Source: Mobula hypostoma (lineage: Eukaryota). From it: 64,000 nt of DNA. The stretch is taken from the NCBI RefSeq assembly GCF_963921235.1, contig NC_086097.1, forward strand, positions 104,038,001-104,102,000, written 5' to 3'. Under the pieces are notes generated by a model. That model made no database searches. It worked only from the letters and a program-made list of their open reading frames with translations, and was not told where the DNA came from. The position numbers and the translations under genes were made by a program. Of the stretch, positions 23,101-38,100 are shown in pieces (positions within the stretch are counted from its first letter, which is position 1; every line of letters starts with the position of its first letter).

Positions 23101-26100
23101 GTGTAAATGTTGTGGCAGGGTGTAGGGGAAGTGTAAACGTTGTGGCAGGGTGTAGGGGACGTGTAAACGTTGTGGCAGGGTGTTGGGGACGTGTAAACGG
23201 TGTGGCAGGGTGTAGGGGAGGTGTAAACATTGTGGCAGGGTGTAGGGGAAGTGTAAACGGTGTGGCAGGGTGTAGGGGAAGTGTAAACGTTGTGGCAGGG
23301 TGTAGGGGAAGTGTAAACGGTGTGGCAGGGTGTAGGGGAGGTGTAAACTTTGTGGCAGGGTGTAGGGGAAGTGTAAACGTTGTGGCAGGGTGTAGGGGAT
23401 GTGTAAACGGTGTGGCAGGGTGTAGGGGAAGTGTAAACGTTGTGGCAGGGTGTAGGGGAAGTGTAAACGGTGTGGCAGGGTGTAGGGGACGTGTAAATGT
23501 TGTGGCAGGGTGTAGGGGAAGTGTAAACGTTGTGGCAGGGTGTAGGGGAGGTGTAAACATTGTGGCAGGGTGTAGGGAATGTGTAAATGGTGTGGCAGGG
23601 TGTAGGGGAAGTGTAAACGTTGTGTCAGGGTGTAGGGAATGTGTAAACGTTGTGTCAGGGTGTAGGGGAAGTGTAAACGTTGTGGCAGGGTGTAGGGGAT
23701 GTGTAAATGGTGTGGCAGGGTGTAGGGGAAGTGTAAATGGTGTGGCAGGGTGTAGGGGATGTGTAAATGGTGTGGCAGGGTGTAGGGAATGTGTAAATGG
23801 TGTGGCAGGGTGTAGGGGAAGTGTAAACGTTGTGGCAGGGTGTAGAGAATGTGTAAATGTTGTGGCAGGGTGTAGGGGAAGTGTAAACGGTGTGGCAGGG
23901 TGTAGGGAATGTGTAAAAGTTGTGGCAGGGTGTAGGGGAAGTGTAAACGGTGTGGCAGGGTGTAGGGAATGTGTAAACATTGTGGCAGGGTGTAGGGGAA
24001 GTGTAAACGTTGTGGCAGGGTGTAGGGGAAGTGTAAACATTGTGGCAGGGTGTAGGGGAAGTGTAAACGTTGTGGCAGGGTGTAGGGGATGTGTAAATGG
24101 TGTGGCAGGGTGTAGGGGAAGTGTAAACGGTGTGGCAGGGTGTAGGGGATGTGTAAACGTTGTGGCAGGGTGTAGGGGAAGTGTAAACGTTGTGGCAGGG
24201 TGTAGGGGAGGTGTAAACGTTGTGGCAGGGTGTAGGGGATGTGTAAACGGTGTGGCAGGGTGTAGGGGAAGTGTAAACGTTGTGGCAGGGTGTAGGGGAT
24301 GTGTAAATGGTGTGGCAGGGTGTAGGGGAAGTGTAAACATTGTGGCAGGGTGTAGAGGATGTGTAAATGGTGTGACAGGGTGTAGGGGAAGTGTAAACGT
24401 TGTGGCAGGGTGTAGGGGATGTGTAAATGTTGTGGCAGGGTGTAGGGGAAGTGTAAACGTTGTGGCAGGGTGTAGGGGACGTGTAAATTTTGTGGCAGGG
24501 TGTAGGGGAAGTGTAAACGTTGTGGCAGGGTGTAGGGGATGTGTAAACGGTCTGGCAGGGTGTAGGGGAAGTGTAAATGTTGTGGCAGGGTGTAGGGGAC
24601 GTGTAAACGGTGTGGCAGGGTGTAGGGGACGTGTAAACGTTGTGGCAGGGTGTAGGGGACGTGTAAACTGTGTGGCAGGGTGTAGGGGAAGTGTAAACAT
24701 TGTGGCAGGGTGTAGGGGATGTGTAAACGGTCTGGCAGGGTGTAGGGGAAGTGTAAACGTTGTGGCAGGGTGTAGGAGACGTGTAAATGTTGTGGCAGGG
24801 TGTAGGGGAAGTGTAAACGTTGTGGCAGGGTGTAGGGGAAGTGTAAACATTGTGGCAGGGTGTAGGGGAAGTGTAAACGTTGTGGCAGGGTGTAGGGGAA
24901 GTGTAAACGTTGTGGCAGGGTGTAGGGGATGTGTAAACGGTGTGGCAGGGTGTAGGGGAAGTGTAAACGTTGTGGCAGGGTGTTGGGGACGTGTAAACGT
25001 CGTGGCAGGGTGTTGGGGACGTGTAAACGGTGTGGCAGGGTGTAGGGGAAGTGTAAACGTTGTGGCAGGGTGTAGGGGACGTGTAAACGTTGTGGCAGGG
25101 TGTAGGGGAGGTGTAAACGGTGTGGCAGGGTGTAGGGGAGGTGTAAACGTCGTGGCAGGGTGTAGGGGAAGTGTAAACGTCGTGGCAGGGTGTAGGGGAA
25201 GTATAAATTGTGTGGGAGGCTGTAGGGGATGTGTGAACGGTGTGGCAGGGTGTAGGGGATGTGTAAACAGTGTGGCAGGGTGTAGGGGATGTGTAAACAT
25301 TGTGGCAGGGTGTAGGGGATGTGTTAATGGTGTGGCAGGGTGTAGGGAATGTGTAAACGTTGTGGCAGGGTGTAGGGGAGGTGTAAACGGTGTGGCAGGG
25401 TGTAGGGGATGTGTAAACGTTGTGGCAGGGTGTAGGGGAGGTGTAAACAGTCTGGCAGGGTGTAGGGGATGTGTAAACGTTGTGGCAGGGTGTAGGGGAG
25501 GTGTAAACGGTCTGGCAGGGTGTAGGGGATGTGTAAACGTTGTGGCAGGGTGTAGGGGACGTGTAGACGGTGTGGCAGGGTGTAGGGGAAGTGTAAACGG
25601 TGTGGCAGGGTGTAGGGGATGTGTAAACGTTGTGGCAGGGTGTAGGGGATGCGTAAATGGTCTGGCAGGGTGTAGGGGAAGTGTAAACGTTGTGGCAGGG
25701 TGTAGGGGATGTGTAAATGTTGTGGCAGGGTGTAGGGGAAGTGTAAACTTTGTGGCAGGGTGTAGGGGACGTGTAAATTTTGTGGCAGGCTGTAGGGGAG
25801 GTGTAAACATTGTGGCAGAGTGTAGGGGAGGTGTAAACGTCGTGGCAGGGTGTAGGGGAAGTGTAAACGTCGTGGCAGGGTGTAGGGGAAGTATAAATGG
25901 TGTGGCAGGGTGTAGGGGATGTGTAAACGTTGTGGCAGGGTGTAGGGGAGGTGTAAACGGTCTGGCAGGGTGTAGGGGATGTGTAAACGTTGTGGCAGGG
26001 TGTAGGGGATGTGTAAACGTTGTGGCAGGGTGTAGGGGACGTGTAGACGGTGTGGCAGGGTGTAGGGGAAGTGTAAACGGTGTGGCAGGGGGTAGGGGAT

Positions 26101-29100
26101 GTGTAAACGTTGTGGCAGGGTGTAGGGGATGCGTAAATGGTCTGGCAGGGTGCAGGGGAAGTGTAAACGTTGTGGCAGGGTGTAGGGGATGTGTAAATGT
26201 TGTGGCAGGGTGTAGGGGAAGTGTAAACGTTGTGGCAGGGTGTAGGGGACGTGTAAATTTTGTGGCAGGCTGTAGGGGAAGTGTAAACGTTGTGGCAGGC
26301 TGTAGGGAAAGTGTAAACGTTGTGGCAGGGTGTAAGGGAAGTGTAAACGTTGTGGCAGGGTGTAGGGGATGTGTAAACGGTGTGGCAGGGTGTAGGGGAA
26401 GTGTAAACGTTGTGGCAGGGTGTAGGGGAAGTGTAAACATTGTGGCAGGGTGTAGGGGATGTGTAAACGGTCTGGCAGGGTGTAGGGGAAGTGTAAACGT
26501 TGTGGCAGGGTGTAGGGGAGGTGTAAATGGTGTGGCAGGGTGTAGGGGAAGTGTAAACGTTGTGGCAGGGTGTAGGGGAAGTGTAAACATTGTGGCAGGG
26601 TGTAGGGAATGTGTAAATGGTGTGGCAGGGTGTAGGGGAAGTGTAAACATTGTGTCAGGGTGTAGGGAATGTGTAAACGTTGTGTCAGGGTGTAGGGGAA
26701 GTGTAAACGTTGTGGCAGGGTGTAGGGGAAGTGTAAACGTTGTGGCAGGTTGTAGGGGAGGTGTAAACATTGTGGCATAGTGTAGGGGAAGTGTAAACGG
26801 TGTGGCAGGGTGTAGGGGAAGTGTAAACGTTGTGGCAGGGTGTAGGGGACGTGTAAATGTTGTGGCAGGGTGTAGGGGAAGTGTAAACGGTGTGGCAGGG
26901 TGTAGGGGAAGTGTAAACGTTGTGGCAGGGTGTAGGGGAGGTGTAAACATTGTGGCAGGGTGTAGGGAATGTGTAAATGGTGTGGCAGGGTGTAGGGGAA
27001 GTGTAAACATTGTGTCAGGGTGTAGGGAATGTGTAAACGTTGTGTCAGGGTGCAGGGGAAGTGTAAACGTTGTGGCAGGGTGTAGGGGATGTGTAAATGT
27101 TGTGGCAGGGTGTAGGGGAAGTGTAAACGTTGTGGCAGGGTGTAGGGGACGTGTAAATTTTGTGGCAGGGTGTAGGGGATGTGTAAACGGTCTGGCAGGG
27201 TGTAGGGGAAGTGTAAATGTTGTGGCAGGGTGTAGGGGACGTGTAAACGGTGTGGCAGGGTGTAGGGGAAGTGTAAACGTTGTGGCAGGGTGTAGGGGAA
27301 GTGTAAACATTGTGGCAGGGTGTAGGGGAAGTGTAAACGTTGTGGCAGGGTGTAGGGGAGGTGTAAACGGTGTGGCAGGGTGTAGGGGAAGTGTAAACGG
27401 TGTGGCAGGGTGTAGGGGAAGTGTAAACGGTCTGGCAGGGTGTAGGGGAAGTGTAAACGTTGTGGCAGGGTGTAGTGGACGTGTAAATGTTGTGGCAGGG
27501 TGTAGGGGAAGTGTAAACGTTGTGGCAGGGTGTAGGGGACGTGTAAATGTTGTGGCAGGGTGTAGGGGAAGTGTAAACAGTGTGGCAGGGTGTAGGGGAC
27601 GTGTAAATGTTGTGGCAGGGTGTAGGGGAAGTGTAAACGTTGTGGCAGGGTGTAGGGGAAGTGTAAACAGTGTGGCAGGGTGTAGGGGATGTGTAAACGG
27701 TCTGGCAGGGTGTAGGGGAAGTGTAAACGTTGTGGCAGGGTGTAGGGGACGTGTAAATGTTGTGGCAGGGTGTAGGGGAAGTGTAAACGTTGTGGCAGGG
27801 TGTTGGGGACGTGTAAACGTTGTGGCAGGGTGTTGGGGACGTGTAAACGGTGTGGCAGGGTGTAGGGGAGGTGTAAACATTGTGGCATAGTGTAGGGGAA
27901 GTGTAAACGGTGTGGCAGGGTGTAGGGGAAGTGTAAACGTTGTGGCAGGGTGTAGGGGAAGTGTAAACGGTGTGGCAGGGTGTAGGGGAGGTGTAAACAT
28001 TGTGGCATAGTGTAGGGGAAGTGTAAACGTTGTGGCAGGGTGTAGGGGATGTGTAAACGGTGTGGCAGGGTGTAGGGGAAGTGTAAACGTTGTGGCAGGG
28101 TGTAGGGGAAGTGTAAACGGTGTGGCAGGGTGTAGGGGACGTGTAAATGTTGTGGCAGGGTGTAGGGGAAGTGTAAACGTTGTGGCAGGGTGTAGGGGAG
28201 GTGTAAACATTGTGGCAGGGTGTAGGGAATGTGTAAATGGTGTGGCAGGGTGTAGGGGAAGTGTAAACGTTGTGTCAGGGTGTAGGGAATGTGTAAACGT
28301 TGTGTCAGGGTGTAGGGGAAGTGTAAACGTTGTGGCAGGGTGTAGGGGATGTGTAAATGGTGTGGCAGGGTGTAGGGGAAGTGTAAATGGTGTGGCAGGG
28401 TGTAGGGGATGTGTAAATGGTGTGGCAGGGTGTAGGGAAAGTGTAAATGGTGTGGCAGGGTGTAGGGGAAGTGTAAACGTTGTGGCAGGGTGTAGAGAAT
28501 GTGTAAATGTTGTGGCAGGGTGTAGGGGAAGTGTAAACGGTGTGGCAGGGTGTAGGGGAAGTGTAAACATTGTGGCAGGGTGTAGGGGATGTGTAAACGG
28601 TCTGGCAGGGTGTAGGGGAAGTGTAAACGTTGTGGCAGGGTGTAGGGGAGGTGTAAATGGTGTGGCAGGGTGTAGGGGAAGTGTAAACGTTGTGGCAGGG
28701 TGTAGGGGAAGTGTAAACATTGTGGCAGGGTGTAGGGGACGTGTAAATGGTCTGGCAGGGTGTATGGGAAGTGTAAACGTTGTGGCAGGGTGTAGGGGAC
28801 GTTTAAATGTTGTGGCAGGGTGTAGGGGAAGTGTAAACGTTGTGGCAGGGTGTTGGGGACGTGTAAACGTCGTGGCAGGGTGTTGGGGACGTGTAAACGG
28901 TGTGGCAGGGTGTAGGGAAAGTGTAAACGTTGTGGCAGGGTGTAGGGGACGTTTAAATGTTGTGGCAGGGTGTAGGGGAAGTGTAAACGTTGTGGCAGGG
29001 TGTAGGGGATGTGTAAACATTGTGGCAGGGTGTAGGGAATGTGTAAATGGTGTGGCAGGGTGTAGGGGAAGTGTAAACATTGTGTCAGGGTGTAGGGAAT

Positions 29101-32100
29101 GTGTAAACGTTGTGTCAGGGTGTAGGGGAAGTGTAAACGTTGTGGCAGGGTGTAGGGGAAGTGTAAACGTTGTGGCAGGTTGTAGGGGAGGTGTAAACAT
29201 TGTGGCATAGTGTAGGGGAAGTGTAAACGGTGTGGCAGGGTGTAGGGGAAGTGTAAACGTTGTGGCAGGGTGTAGGGGACGTGTAAATGTTGTGGCAGGG
29301 TGTAGGGGAAGTGTAAACGGTGTGGCAGGGTGTAGGGGAGGTGTAAACATTGTGGCAGGGTGTAGGGAATGTGTAAATGGTGTGGCAGGGTGTAGGGGAC
29401 GTGTAAATTTTGTGGCAGGGTGTAGGGGATGTGTAAACGGTCTGGCAGGGTGTAGGGGAAGTGTAAATGTTGTGGCAGGGTGTAGGGGACGTGTAAACGG
29501 TGTGGCAGGGTGTTGGGGAAGTGTAAACGTTGTGGCAGGGTGTAGGGGAAGTGTAAACATTGTGGCAGGGTGTAGGGGAAGTGTAAACATTGTGGCAGGG
29601 TGTAGGGGAGGTGTAAACGGTGTGGCAGGGTGTAGGGGAAGTGTAAACGGTGTGGCAGGGTGTAGGGGAAGTGTAAACGGTCTGGCAGGGTGTAGGGGAA
29701 GTGTAAACGTTGTGGCAGGGTGTAGGGGAAGTGTAAACGTTGTGGCAGGGTGTAGGGGACGTGTAAATGTTGTGGCAGGGTGTAGGGGAAGTGTAAACAG
29801 TGTGGCAGGGTGTAGGGGACGTGTAAATGTTGTGGCAGGGTGTAGGGGAAGTGTAAACGTTGTGGCAGGGTGTAGGGGAAGTGTAAACAGTGTGGCAGGG
29901 TCCAGGGGATGTGTAAACGGTGTGGCAGGGTTTAGGGGAAGTGTAAACGTTGTGGCAGGGTGTAGGGGAATTGTAAACATTGTGGCAGGGTGTAGGGGAT
30001 GTGTAAATGATCTGGCAGGGCGTAGGGGAAGTGTAAACGTTGTGGCAGGGTGTAGGGGACGTGTAAATGTTGTGGCAGGGTGTAGGGGAAGTGTAAACGT
30101 TGTGGCAGGGTGTTGGGGACGTGTAAACGTTGTGGCAGGGTGTTGAGGACGTGTAAACGGTGTGGCAGGGTGTAGGGGAGGTGTAAACATTGTGGCATAG
30201 TGTAGGGGAAGTGTAAACGGTGTGGCAGGGTGTAGGGGAAGTGTAAACGTTGTGGCAGGGTGTAGGGGAAGTGTAAACGGTGTGGCAGGGTGTAGGGGAG
30301 GTGTAAACATTGTGGCATAGTGTAGGGGAAGTGTAAACGTTGTGGCAGGGTGTAGGGGATGTGTAAACGGTGTGGCAGGGTGTAGGGGAAGTGTAAACGT
30401 TGTGGCAGGTTGTAGGGGAAGTGTAAACGGTGTGGCAGGGTGTAGGGGACGTGTAAATGTTGTGGCAGGGTGTAGGGGAAGTGTAAACGGTGTGGCAGGG
30501 TGTAGGGGACGTGTAAATGTTGTGGCAGGGTGTAGGGGAAGTGTAAACGTTGTGGCAGGGTGTAGGGGAGGTGTAAACATTGTGGCAGGGTGTAGGGAAT
30601 GTGTAAATGGTGTGGCAGGGTGTAGGGGAAGTGTAAACGTTGTGTCAGGGTGTAGGGAATGTGTAAACGTTGTGTCAGGGTGTAGGGGAAGTGTAAACGT
30701 TGTGGCAGGGTGTAGGGGATGTGTAAATGGTGTGGCAGGGTGTAGGGGAAGTGTAAATGGTGTGGCAGGGTGTAGGGGATGTGTAAATGGTGTGGCAGGG
30801 TGTAGGGAATGTGTAAATGGTGTGGCAGGGTGTAGGGGAAGTGTAAACGTTGTGGCAGGGTGTAGAGAATGTGTAAATGTTGTGGCAGGGTGTAGGGGAA
30901 GTGTAAACGGTGTGGCAGGGTGTAGGGAATGTGTAAATGTTGTGGCAGGGTGTAGGAGAAGTGTAAACGGTGTGGCAGGGTGTAGGGAATGTGTAAACAT
31001 TGTGGCAGGGTGTAGGGGAAGTGTAAACGTTGTGGCAGGGTGTCGGGGATGTGTTAATGGTGTGGCAGGGTGTAGGGAATTTGTAAACGGTGTGGCAGGG
31101 TATAGGGGATGTGTAAACGTTGTGGCAGGGTGTAGGGGAAGTGTAAACATTGTGGCAGGGTGTAGGGGAGGTGTAAACGTTGTGGCAGGGTGTAGGGGAT
31201 GTGTAAACGGTGTGGCAGGGTGTAGGGGAAGTGTAAACGTTGTGGCAGGGTGTAGGGGATGTGTAAATGGTGTGACAGGGTGTAGGGGAAGTGTAAACAT
31301 TGTGGCAGGGTGTAGAGGATGTGTAAATGGTGTGACAGGGTGTAGGGGAAGTGTAAACGGTGTGGCAGGGTGTAGGGGACGTGTAAATTTTGTGGCAGGC
31401 TGTAGGGGAAGTGTAAACGTTGTGGCAGGCTGTAGGGTAAGTGTAAACATTGTGGCAGGGTGTAAGGGAAGTGTAAACGTTGTGGCAGGGTGTAGGGGAT
31501 GTGTAAACGGTGTGGCAGGGTGTAGGGAAAGTGTAAACGTTGTGGCAGGGTGTAGGGGAAGTGTAAACATTGTGGCAGGGTGTAGGGGATGTGTAAACGG
31601 TCTGGCAGGGTGTAGGGGAAGTGTAAACTTTGTGGCAGGGTGTAGGGGAGGTGTAAATGGTGTGGCAGGGTGTAGGGGAAGTGTAAACGTTGTGGCAGGG
31701 TGTAGGGGAAGTGTAAACATTGTGGCAGGGTGTAGGGAATGTGTAAATGGTGTGGCAGGGTGTAGGGGAAGTGTAAACATTGTGTCAGGGTGTAGGGAAT
31801 GTGTAAACGTTGTGTCAGGGTGTAGGGGAAGTGTAAACGTTGTGGCAGGGTGTAGGGGAAGTGTAAACGTTGTGGCAGGTTGTAGGGGAGGTGTAAACAT
31901 TGTGGCATAGTGTAGGGGAAGTGTAAACGGTGTGGCAGGGTGTAGGGGAAGTGTAAACGTTGTGGCAGGGTGTAGGGGACGTGTAAATGTTGTGGCAGGG
32001 TGTAGGGGAAGTGTAAACGGTGTGGCAGGGTGTAGGGGAAGTGTAAACGTTGTGGCAGGGCGTAGGGGAGGTGTAAACATTGTGGCAGGGTGTAGGGAAT

Positions 32101-35100
32101 GTGTAAATGGTGTGGCAGGGTGTAGGGGAAGTGTAAACATTGTGTCAGGGTGTAGGGAATGTGTAAACGTTGTGTCAGGGTGCAGGGGAAGCGTAAATGT
32201 TGTGGCAGGGTGTAGGGGATGTGTAAATGTTGTGGCAGGGTGTAGGGGAAGTGTAAACGTTGTGGCATGGTGTAGGGGACGTGTAAATTTTGTGGCAGGG
32301 TGTAGGGGATGTGTAAACGGTCTGGCAGGGTGTAGGGGAAGTGTAAATGTTGTGGCAGGGTGTAGGGGACGTGTAAACGGTGTGGCAGGGTGTAGGGGAA
32401 GTGTAAACGTTGTGGCAGGGTGTAGGGGAAGTGTAAACATTGTGGCAGGGTGTAGGGGAAGTGTAAACGTTGTGGCAGGGTGTAGGGGAGGTGTAAACGG
32501 TGTGGCAGGGTGTAGGGGAAGTGTAAACGGTCTGGCAGGGTGTAGGGGAAGTGTAAACGTTGTGGCAGGGTGTAGTGGACGTGTAAATGTTGTGGCAGGG
32601 TGTAGGGGAAGTGTAAACGTTGTGGCAGGGTGTAGCGGACGTGTAAATGTTGTGGCAGGGTGTAGGGGAAGTGTAAACAGTGTGGCAGGGTGTAGGGGAC
32701 GTGTAAATGTTGTGGCAGTGTGTAGGGGAAGTGTAAACGTTGTGGCAGGGTGTAGGGGAAGTGTAAACGTTGTGGCAGGGTGTTCGGGACGTGTAAACGT
32801 TGTGGCAGGGTGTTGGTGACGTGTAAACGGTGTGGCAGGGTGTAGGGGAGGTGTAAACATTGTGGCATAGTGTAGGAGAAGTGTAAACGGTGTGGCAGGG
32901 TGTAGGGGAAGTGTAAACGTTGTGGCAGGGTGTAGGGGAAGTGTAAACGGTGTGGCAGGGTGCAGGGGAGGTGTAAACATTGTGGCATAGTGTAGGGGAA
33001 GTGTAAACGTTGTGGCAGGGTGTAGGGGATGTGTAAACGGTGTGGCAGGGTGTAGGGGAAGTGTAAACGTTGTGGCAGGGTGTAGGGGAAGTGTAAACGG
33101 TGTGGCAGGGTGTAGGGGACGTGTAAATGTTGTGGCAGGGTGTAGGGGAAGTGTAAACGTTGTGGCAGGGTGTAGGGGAAGTGTAAACGTTGTGGCAGGG
33201 TGTAGGGGAGGTGTAAACGGTGTGGCAGGGTGTAGGGGAGGTGTAAACGGTGTGGCAGGGTGTAGGGGAAGTGTAAACGGTCTGGCAGGGTGTAGGGGAA
33301 GTGTAAACGTTGTGGCAGGGTGTAGTGGACGTGTAAATGTTGTGGCAGGGTGTAGGGGAAGTGTAAACGTTGTGGCAGGGTGTAGGGGACGTGTAAATGT
33401 TGTGGCAGGGTGTAGGGGAAGTGTAAACAGTGTGGCAGGGTGTAGGGGACGTGTAAATGTTGTGGCAGTGTGTAGGGGAAGTGTAAACGTTGTGGCAGGG
33501 TGTAGGGGAAGTGTAAACAGTGTGGCAGGGTGTAGGGGATGTGTAAACGGTGTGGCAGGGTTTAGGGGAAGTGTAAACGTTGTGGCAGGGTGTAGGGGAA
33601 TTGTAAACATTGTGGCAGGGTGTACGGGATGTGTAAATGGTCTGGCAGGGTGTAGGGGAAGTGTAAACGTTGTGGCAGGGTGTAGGGGAAGTGTAAACGT
33701 TGTGGCAGGGTGTTCGGGACGTGTAAACGTTGTGGCAGGGTGTTGGTGACGTGTAAACGGTGTGGCAGGGTGTAGGGGAGGTGTAAACATTGTGGCATAG
33801 TGTAGGAGAAGTGTAAACGGTGTGGCAGGGTGTAGGGGAAGTGTAAACGTTGTGGCAGGGTGTAGGGGAAGTGTAAACGGTGTGGCAGGGTGCAGGGGAG
33901 GTGTAAACATTGTGGCATAGTGTAGGGGAAGTGTAAACGTTGTGGCAGGGTGTAGGGGATGTGTAAACGGTGTGGCAGGGTGTAGGGGAAGTGTAAACGT
34001 TGTGGCAGGGTGTAGGGGAAGTGTAAACGGTGTGGCAGGGTGTAGGGGACGTGTAAATGTTGTGGCAGGGTGTAGGGGAAGTGTAAACGTTGTGGCAGGG
34101 TGTAGGGGAGGTGTAAACATTGTGGCAGGGTGTAGGGAATGTGTAAATGGTGTGGCAGGGTGTCGGGGAAGTGTAAACGTTGTGTCAGGGTGTAGGGAAT
34201 GTGTAAACGTTGTGTCAGGGTGTAGGGGAAGTGTAAACGTTGTGGCAGGGTGTAGGGGATGTGTAAATGGTGTGGCAGGTTGTAGGGGAAGTGTAAATGG
34301 TGTGGCAGGGTGTAGGGGATGTGTAAATGGTGTGGCAGGGTGTAGGGAAAGTGTAAATGGTGTGGCAGGGTGTAGGGGAAGTGTAAACGTTGTGGCAGGG
34401 TGTAGAGAATGTGTAAATGTTGTGGCAGGGTGTAGGGGAAGTGTAAACGGTGTGGCAGGGTGTAGGGGAAGTGTAAACATTGTGGCAGGGTGTAGGGGAT
34501 GTGTAAACGGTCTGGCAGGGTGTAGGGGAAGTGTAAACGGTGTGGCAGGGTGTAGGGGAGGTGTAAACATTGTGGCATAGTGTAGGGGAAGTGTAAACGT
34601 TGTGGCAGGGTGTAGGGGATGTGTAAACGGTGTGGCAGGGTGTAGGGGAAGTGTAAACGTTGTGGCAGGTTGTAGGGGAAGTGTAAACGGTGTGGCAGGG
34701 TGTAGGGGACGTGTAAATGTTGTGGCAGGGTGTAGGGGAAGTGTAAACGTTGTGGCAGGGTGTAGGGGAGGTGTAAACATTGTGGCAGGGTGTAGGGAAT
34801 GTGTAAATGGTGTGGCAGGGTGTAGGGGAAGTGTAAACGTTGTGTCAGGGTGTAGGGAATGTGTAAACGTTGTGTCAGGGTGTAGGGGAAGTGTAAACGT
34901 TGTGGCAGGGTGTAGGGGATGTGTAAATGGTGTGGCAGGGTGTAGGGGAAGTGTAAATGGTGTGGCAGGGTGTAGGGGATGTGTAAATGGTGTGGCAGGG
35001 TGTAGGGAATGTGTAAATGGTGTGGCAGGGTGTAGGGGAAGTGTAAACGTTGTGGCAGGGTGTAGAGAATGTGTAAATGTTGTGGCAGGGTGTAGGGGAA

Positions 35101-38100
35101 GTGTAAACGGTGTGGCAGGGTGTAGGGAATGTGTAAACATTGTGGCAGGGTGTAGGGGAAGTGTAAACGTTGTGGCAGGGTGTCGGGGATGTGTTAATGG
35201 TGTGGCAGGGTGTAGGGAATTTGTAAACGGTGTGGCAGGGTATAGGGGATGTGTAAACGTTGTGGCAGGGTGTAGGGGAAGTGTAAACATTGTGGCAGGG
35301 TGTAGGGGAGGTGTAAACGTTGTGGCAGGGTGTAGGGGATGTGTAAACGGTGTGGCAGGGTGTAGGGGAAGTGTAAACGTTGTGGCAGGGTGTAGGGGAT
35401 GTGTAAATGGTGTGACAGGGTGTAGGGGAAGTGTAAACATTGTGGCAGGGTGTAGAGGATGTGTAAATGGTGTGACAGGGTGTAGGGGAAGTGTAAACGG
35501 TGTGGCAGGGTGTAGGGGACGTGTAAATTTTGTGGCAGGCTGTAGGGGAAGTGTAAACGTTGTGGCAGGCTGTAGGGAAAGTGTAAACATTGTGGCAGGG
35601 TGTAAGGGAAGTGTAAACGTTGTGGCAGGGTGTAGGGGATGTGTAAACGGTGTGGCAGGGTGTAGGGGAAGTGTAAACGTTGTGGCAGGGTGTAGGGGAA
35701 GTGTAAACATTGTGGCAGGGTGTAGGGGATGTGTAAACGGTCTGGCAGGGTGTAGGGGAAGTGTAAACGTTGTGGCAGGGTGTAGGGGAGGTGTAAATGG
35801 TGTGGCAGGGTGTAGGGGAAGTGTAAACGTTGTGGCAGGGTGTAGGGGAAGTGTAAACATTGTGGCAGGGTGTAGGGAATGTGTAAATGGTGTGGCAGGG
35901 TGTAGGGGAAGTGTAAACATTGTGTCAGGGTGTAGGGAATGTGTAAACGTTGTGTCAGGGTGTAGGGGAAGTGTAAACTTTGTGGCAGGGTGTAGGGGAA
36001 GTGTAAACGGTCTGGCAGGGTGAAGGGGAGGTGTAAACATTGTGGCATAGTGTAGGAGAAGTGTAAACGGTGTGGCAGGGTGTAGGGGAAGTGTAAACGT
36101 TGTGGCAGGGTGTAGGGGACGTGTAAATTTTGTGGCAGGCTGTAGGGGAAGTGTAAACGTTGTGGCAGGCTGTAGGGAAAGTGTAAACATTGTGGCAGGG
36201 TGTAAGGGAAGTCTAAACGTTGTGGCAGGGTGTAGGGGATGTGTAAACGGTGTGGCAGGGTGTATGGGAAGTGTAAACGTTGTGGCAGGGTGTAGGGGAC
36301 GTTTAAATGTTGTGGCAGGGTGTAGGGGAAGTGTAAACGTTGTGGCAGGGTGTTGGGGACGTGTAAACGTCGTGGCAGGGTGTTGGGGACGTGTAAACGG
36401 TGTGGCAGGGTGTAGGGAAAGTGTAAACGTTGTGGCAGGGTGTAGGGGACGTTTAAATGTTGTGGCCGGGTGTAGGGGAAGTGTAAACGTTGTGGCAGGG
36501 TGTCGGGGATGTGTAAACATTGTGGCAGGGTGTAGGGAATGTGTAAATGGTGTGGCAGGGTGTAGGGGAAGTGTAAACATTGTGTCAGGGTGTAGGGAAT
36601 GTGTAAACGTTGTGTCAGGGTGTAGGGGAAGTGTAAACGTTGTGGCAGGGTGTAGGGGAAGTGTAAACGTTGTGGCAGGTTGTAGGGGAGGTGTAAACAT
36701 TGTGACATAGTGTAGGGGAAGTGTAAACGGTGTGGCAGGGTGTAGGGGAAGTGTAAACGTTGTGGCAGGGTGTAGGGGACGTGTAAATGTTGTGGCAGGG
36801 TGTAGGGGAAGTGTAAACGGTGTGGCAGGGTGTAGGGGAAGTGTAAACGTTGTGGCAGGGTGTAGGGGAGGTGTAAACATTGTGGCAGGGTGTAGGGAAT
36901 GTGTAAATGGTGTGGCAGGGTGTAGGGGACGTGTAAATTTTGTGGCAGGGTGTAGGGGATGTGTAAACGGTCTGGCAGGGTGTAGGGGAAGTGTAAATGT
37001 TGTGGCAGGGTGTATGGGACGTGTAAACGGTGTGGCAGGGTGTTGGGGAAGTGTAAACGTTGTGGCAGGGTGTAGGGGAAGTGTAAACATTGTGGCAGGG
37101 TGTAGGGGAAGTGTAAACGTTGTGGCAGGGTGTAGGGGAGGTGTAAACGGTGTGGCAGGGTGTGGGGGAAGTGTAAACGGTGTGGCAGGGTGTAGGGGAA
37201 GTGTAAACGGTCTGGCAGGGTGTAGGGGAAGTGTAAACGTTGTGGCAGGGTGTAGGGGAAGTGTAAACGTTGTGGCAGGGTGTAGGGGACGTGTAAATGT
37301 TGTGGCAGGGTGTAGGGGAAGTGTAAACAGTGTGGCAGGGTGTAGGGGACGTGTAAATGTTGTGGCAGGGTGTAGGGGAAGTGTAAACGTTGTGGCAGGG
37401 TGTAGGGGAAGTGTAAACAGTGTGGCAGGGTCTAGGGGATGTGTAAACGGTGTGGCAGGGTTTAGGGGAAGTGTAAACGTTGTGGCAGGGTGTAGGGGAA
37501 TTGTAAACATTGTGGCAGGGTGTAGGGGATGTGTAAATGATCTGGCAGGGCGTAGGGGAAGTGTAAACGTTGTGGCAGGGTGTAGGGGACGTGTAAATGT
37601 TGTGGCAGGGTGTAGGGGAAGTGTAAACGTTGTGGCAGGGTGTTGGGGACGTGTAAACGTTGTGGCAGGGTGTTGAGGACGTGTAAACGGTGTGGCAGGG
37701 TGTAGGGGAGGTGTAAACATTGTGGCATAGTGTAGGGGAAGTGTAAACGGTGTGGCAGGGTGTAGGGGAAGTGTAAACGTTGTGGCAGGGTGTAGGGGAA
37801 GTGTAAACGGTGTGGCAGGGTGTAGGGGAGGTGTAAACATTGTGGCATAGTGTAGGGGAAGTGTAAACGTTGTGGCAGGGTGTAGGGGATGTGTAAACGG
37901 TGTGGCAGGGTGTAGGGGAAGTGTAAACGTTGTGGCAGGTTGTAGGGGAAGTGTAAACGGTGTGGCAGGGTGTAGGGGACGTGTAAATGTTGTGGCAGGG
38001 TGTAGGGGAAGTGTAAACGTTGTGGCAGGGTGTAGGGGAGGTGTAAACATTGTGGCAGGGTGTAGGGAATGTGTAAATGGTGTGGCAGGGTGTAGGGGAA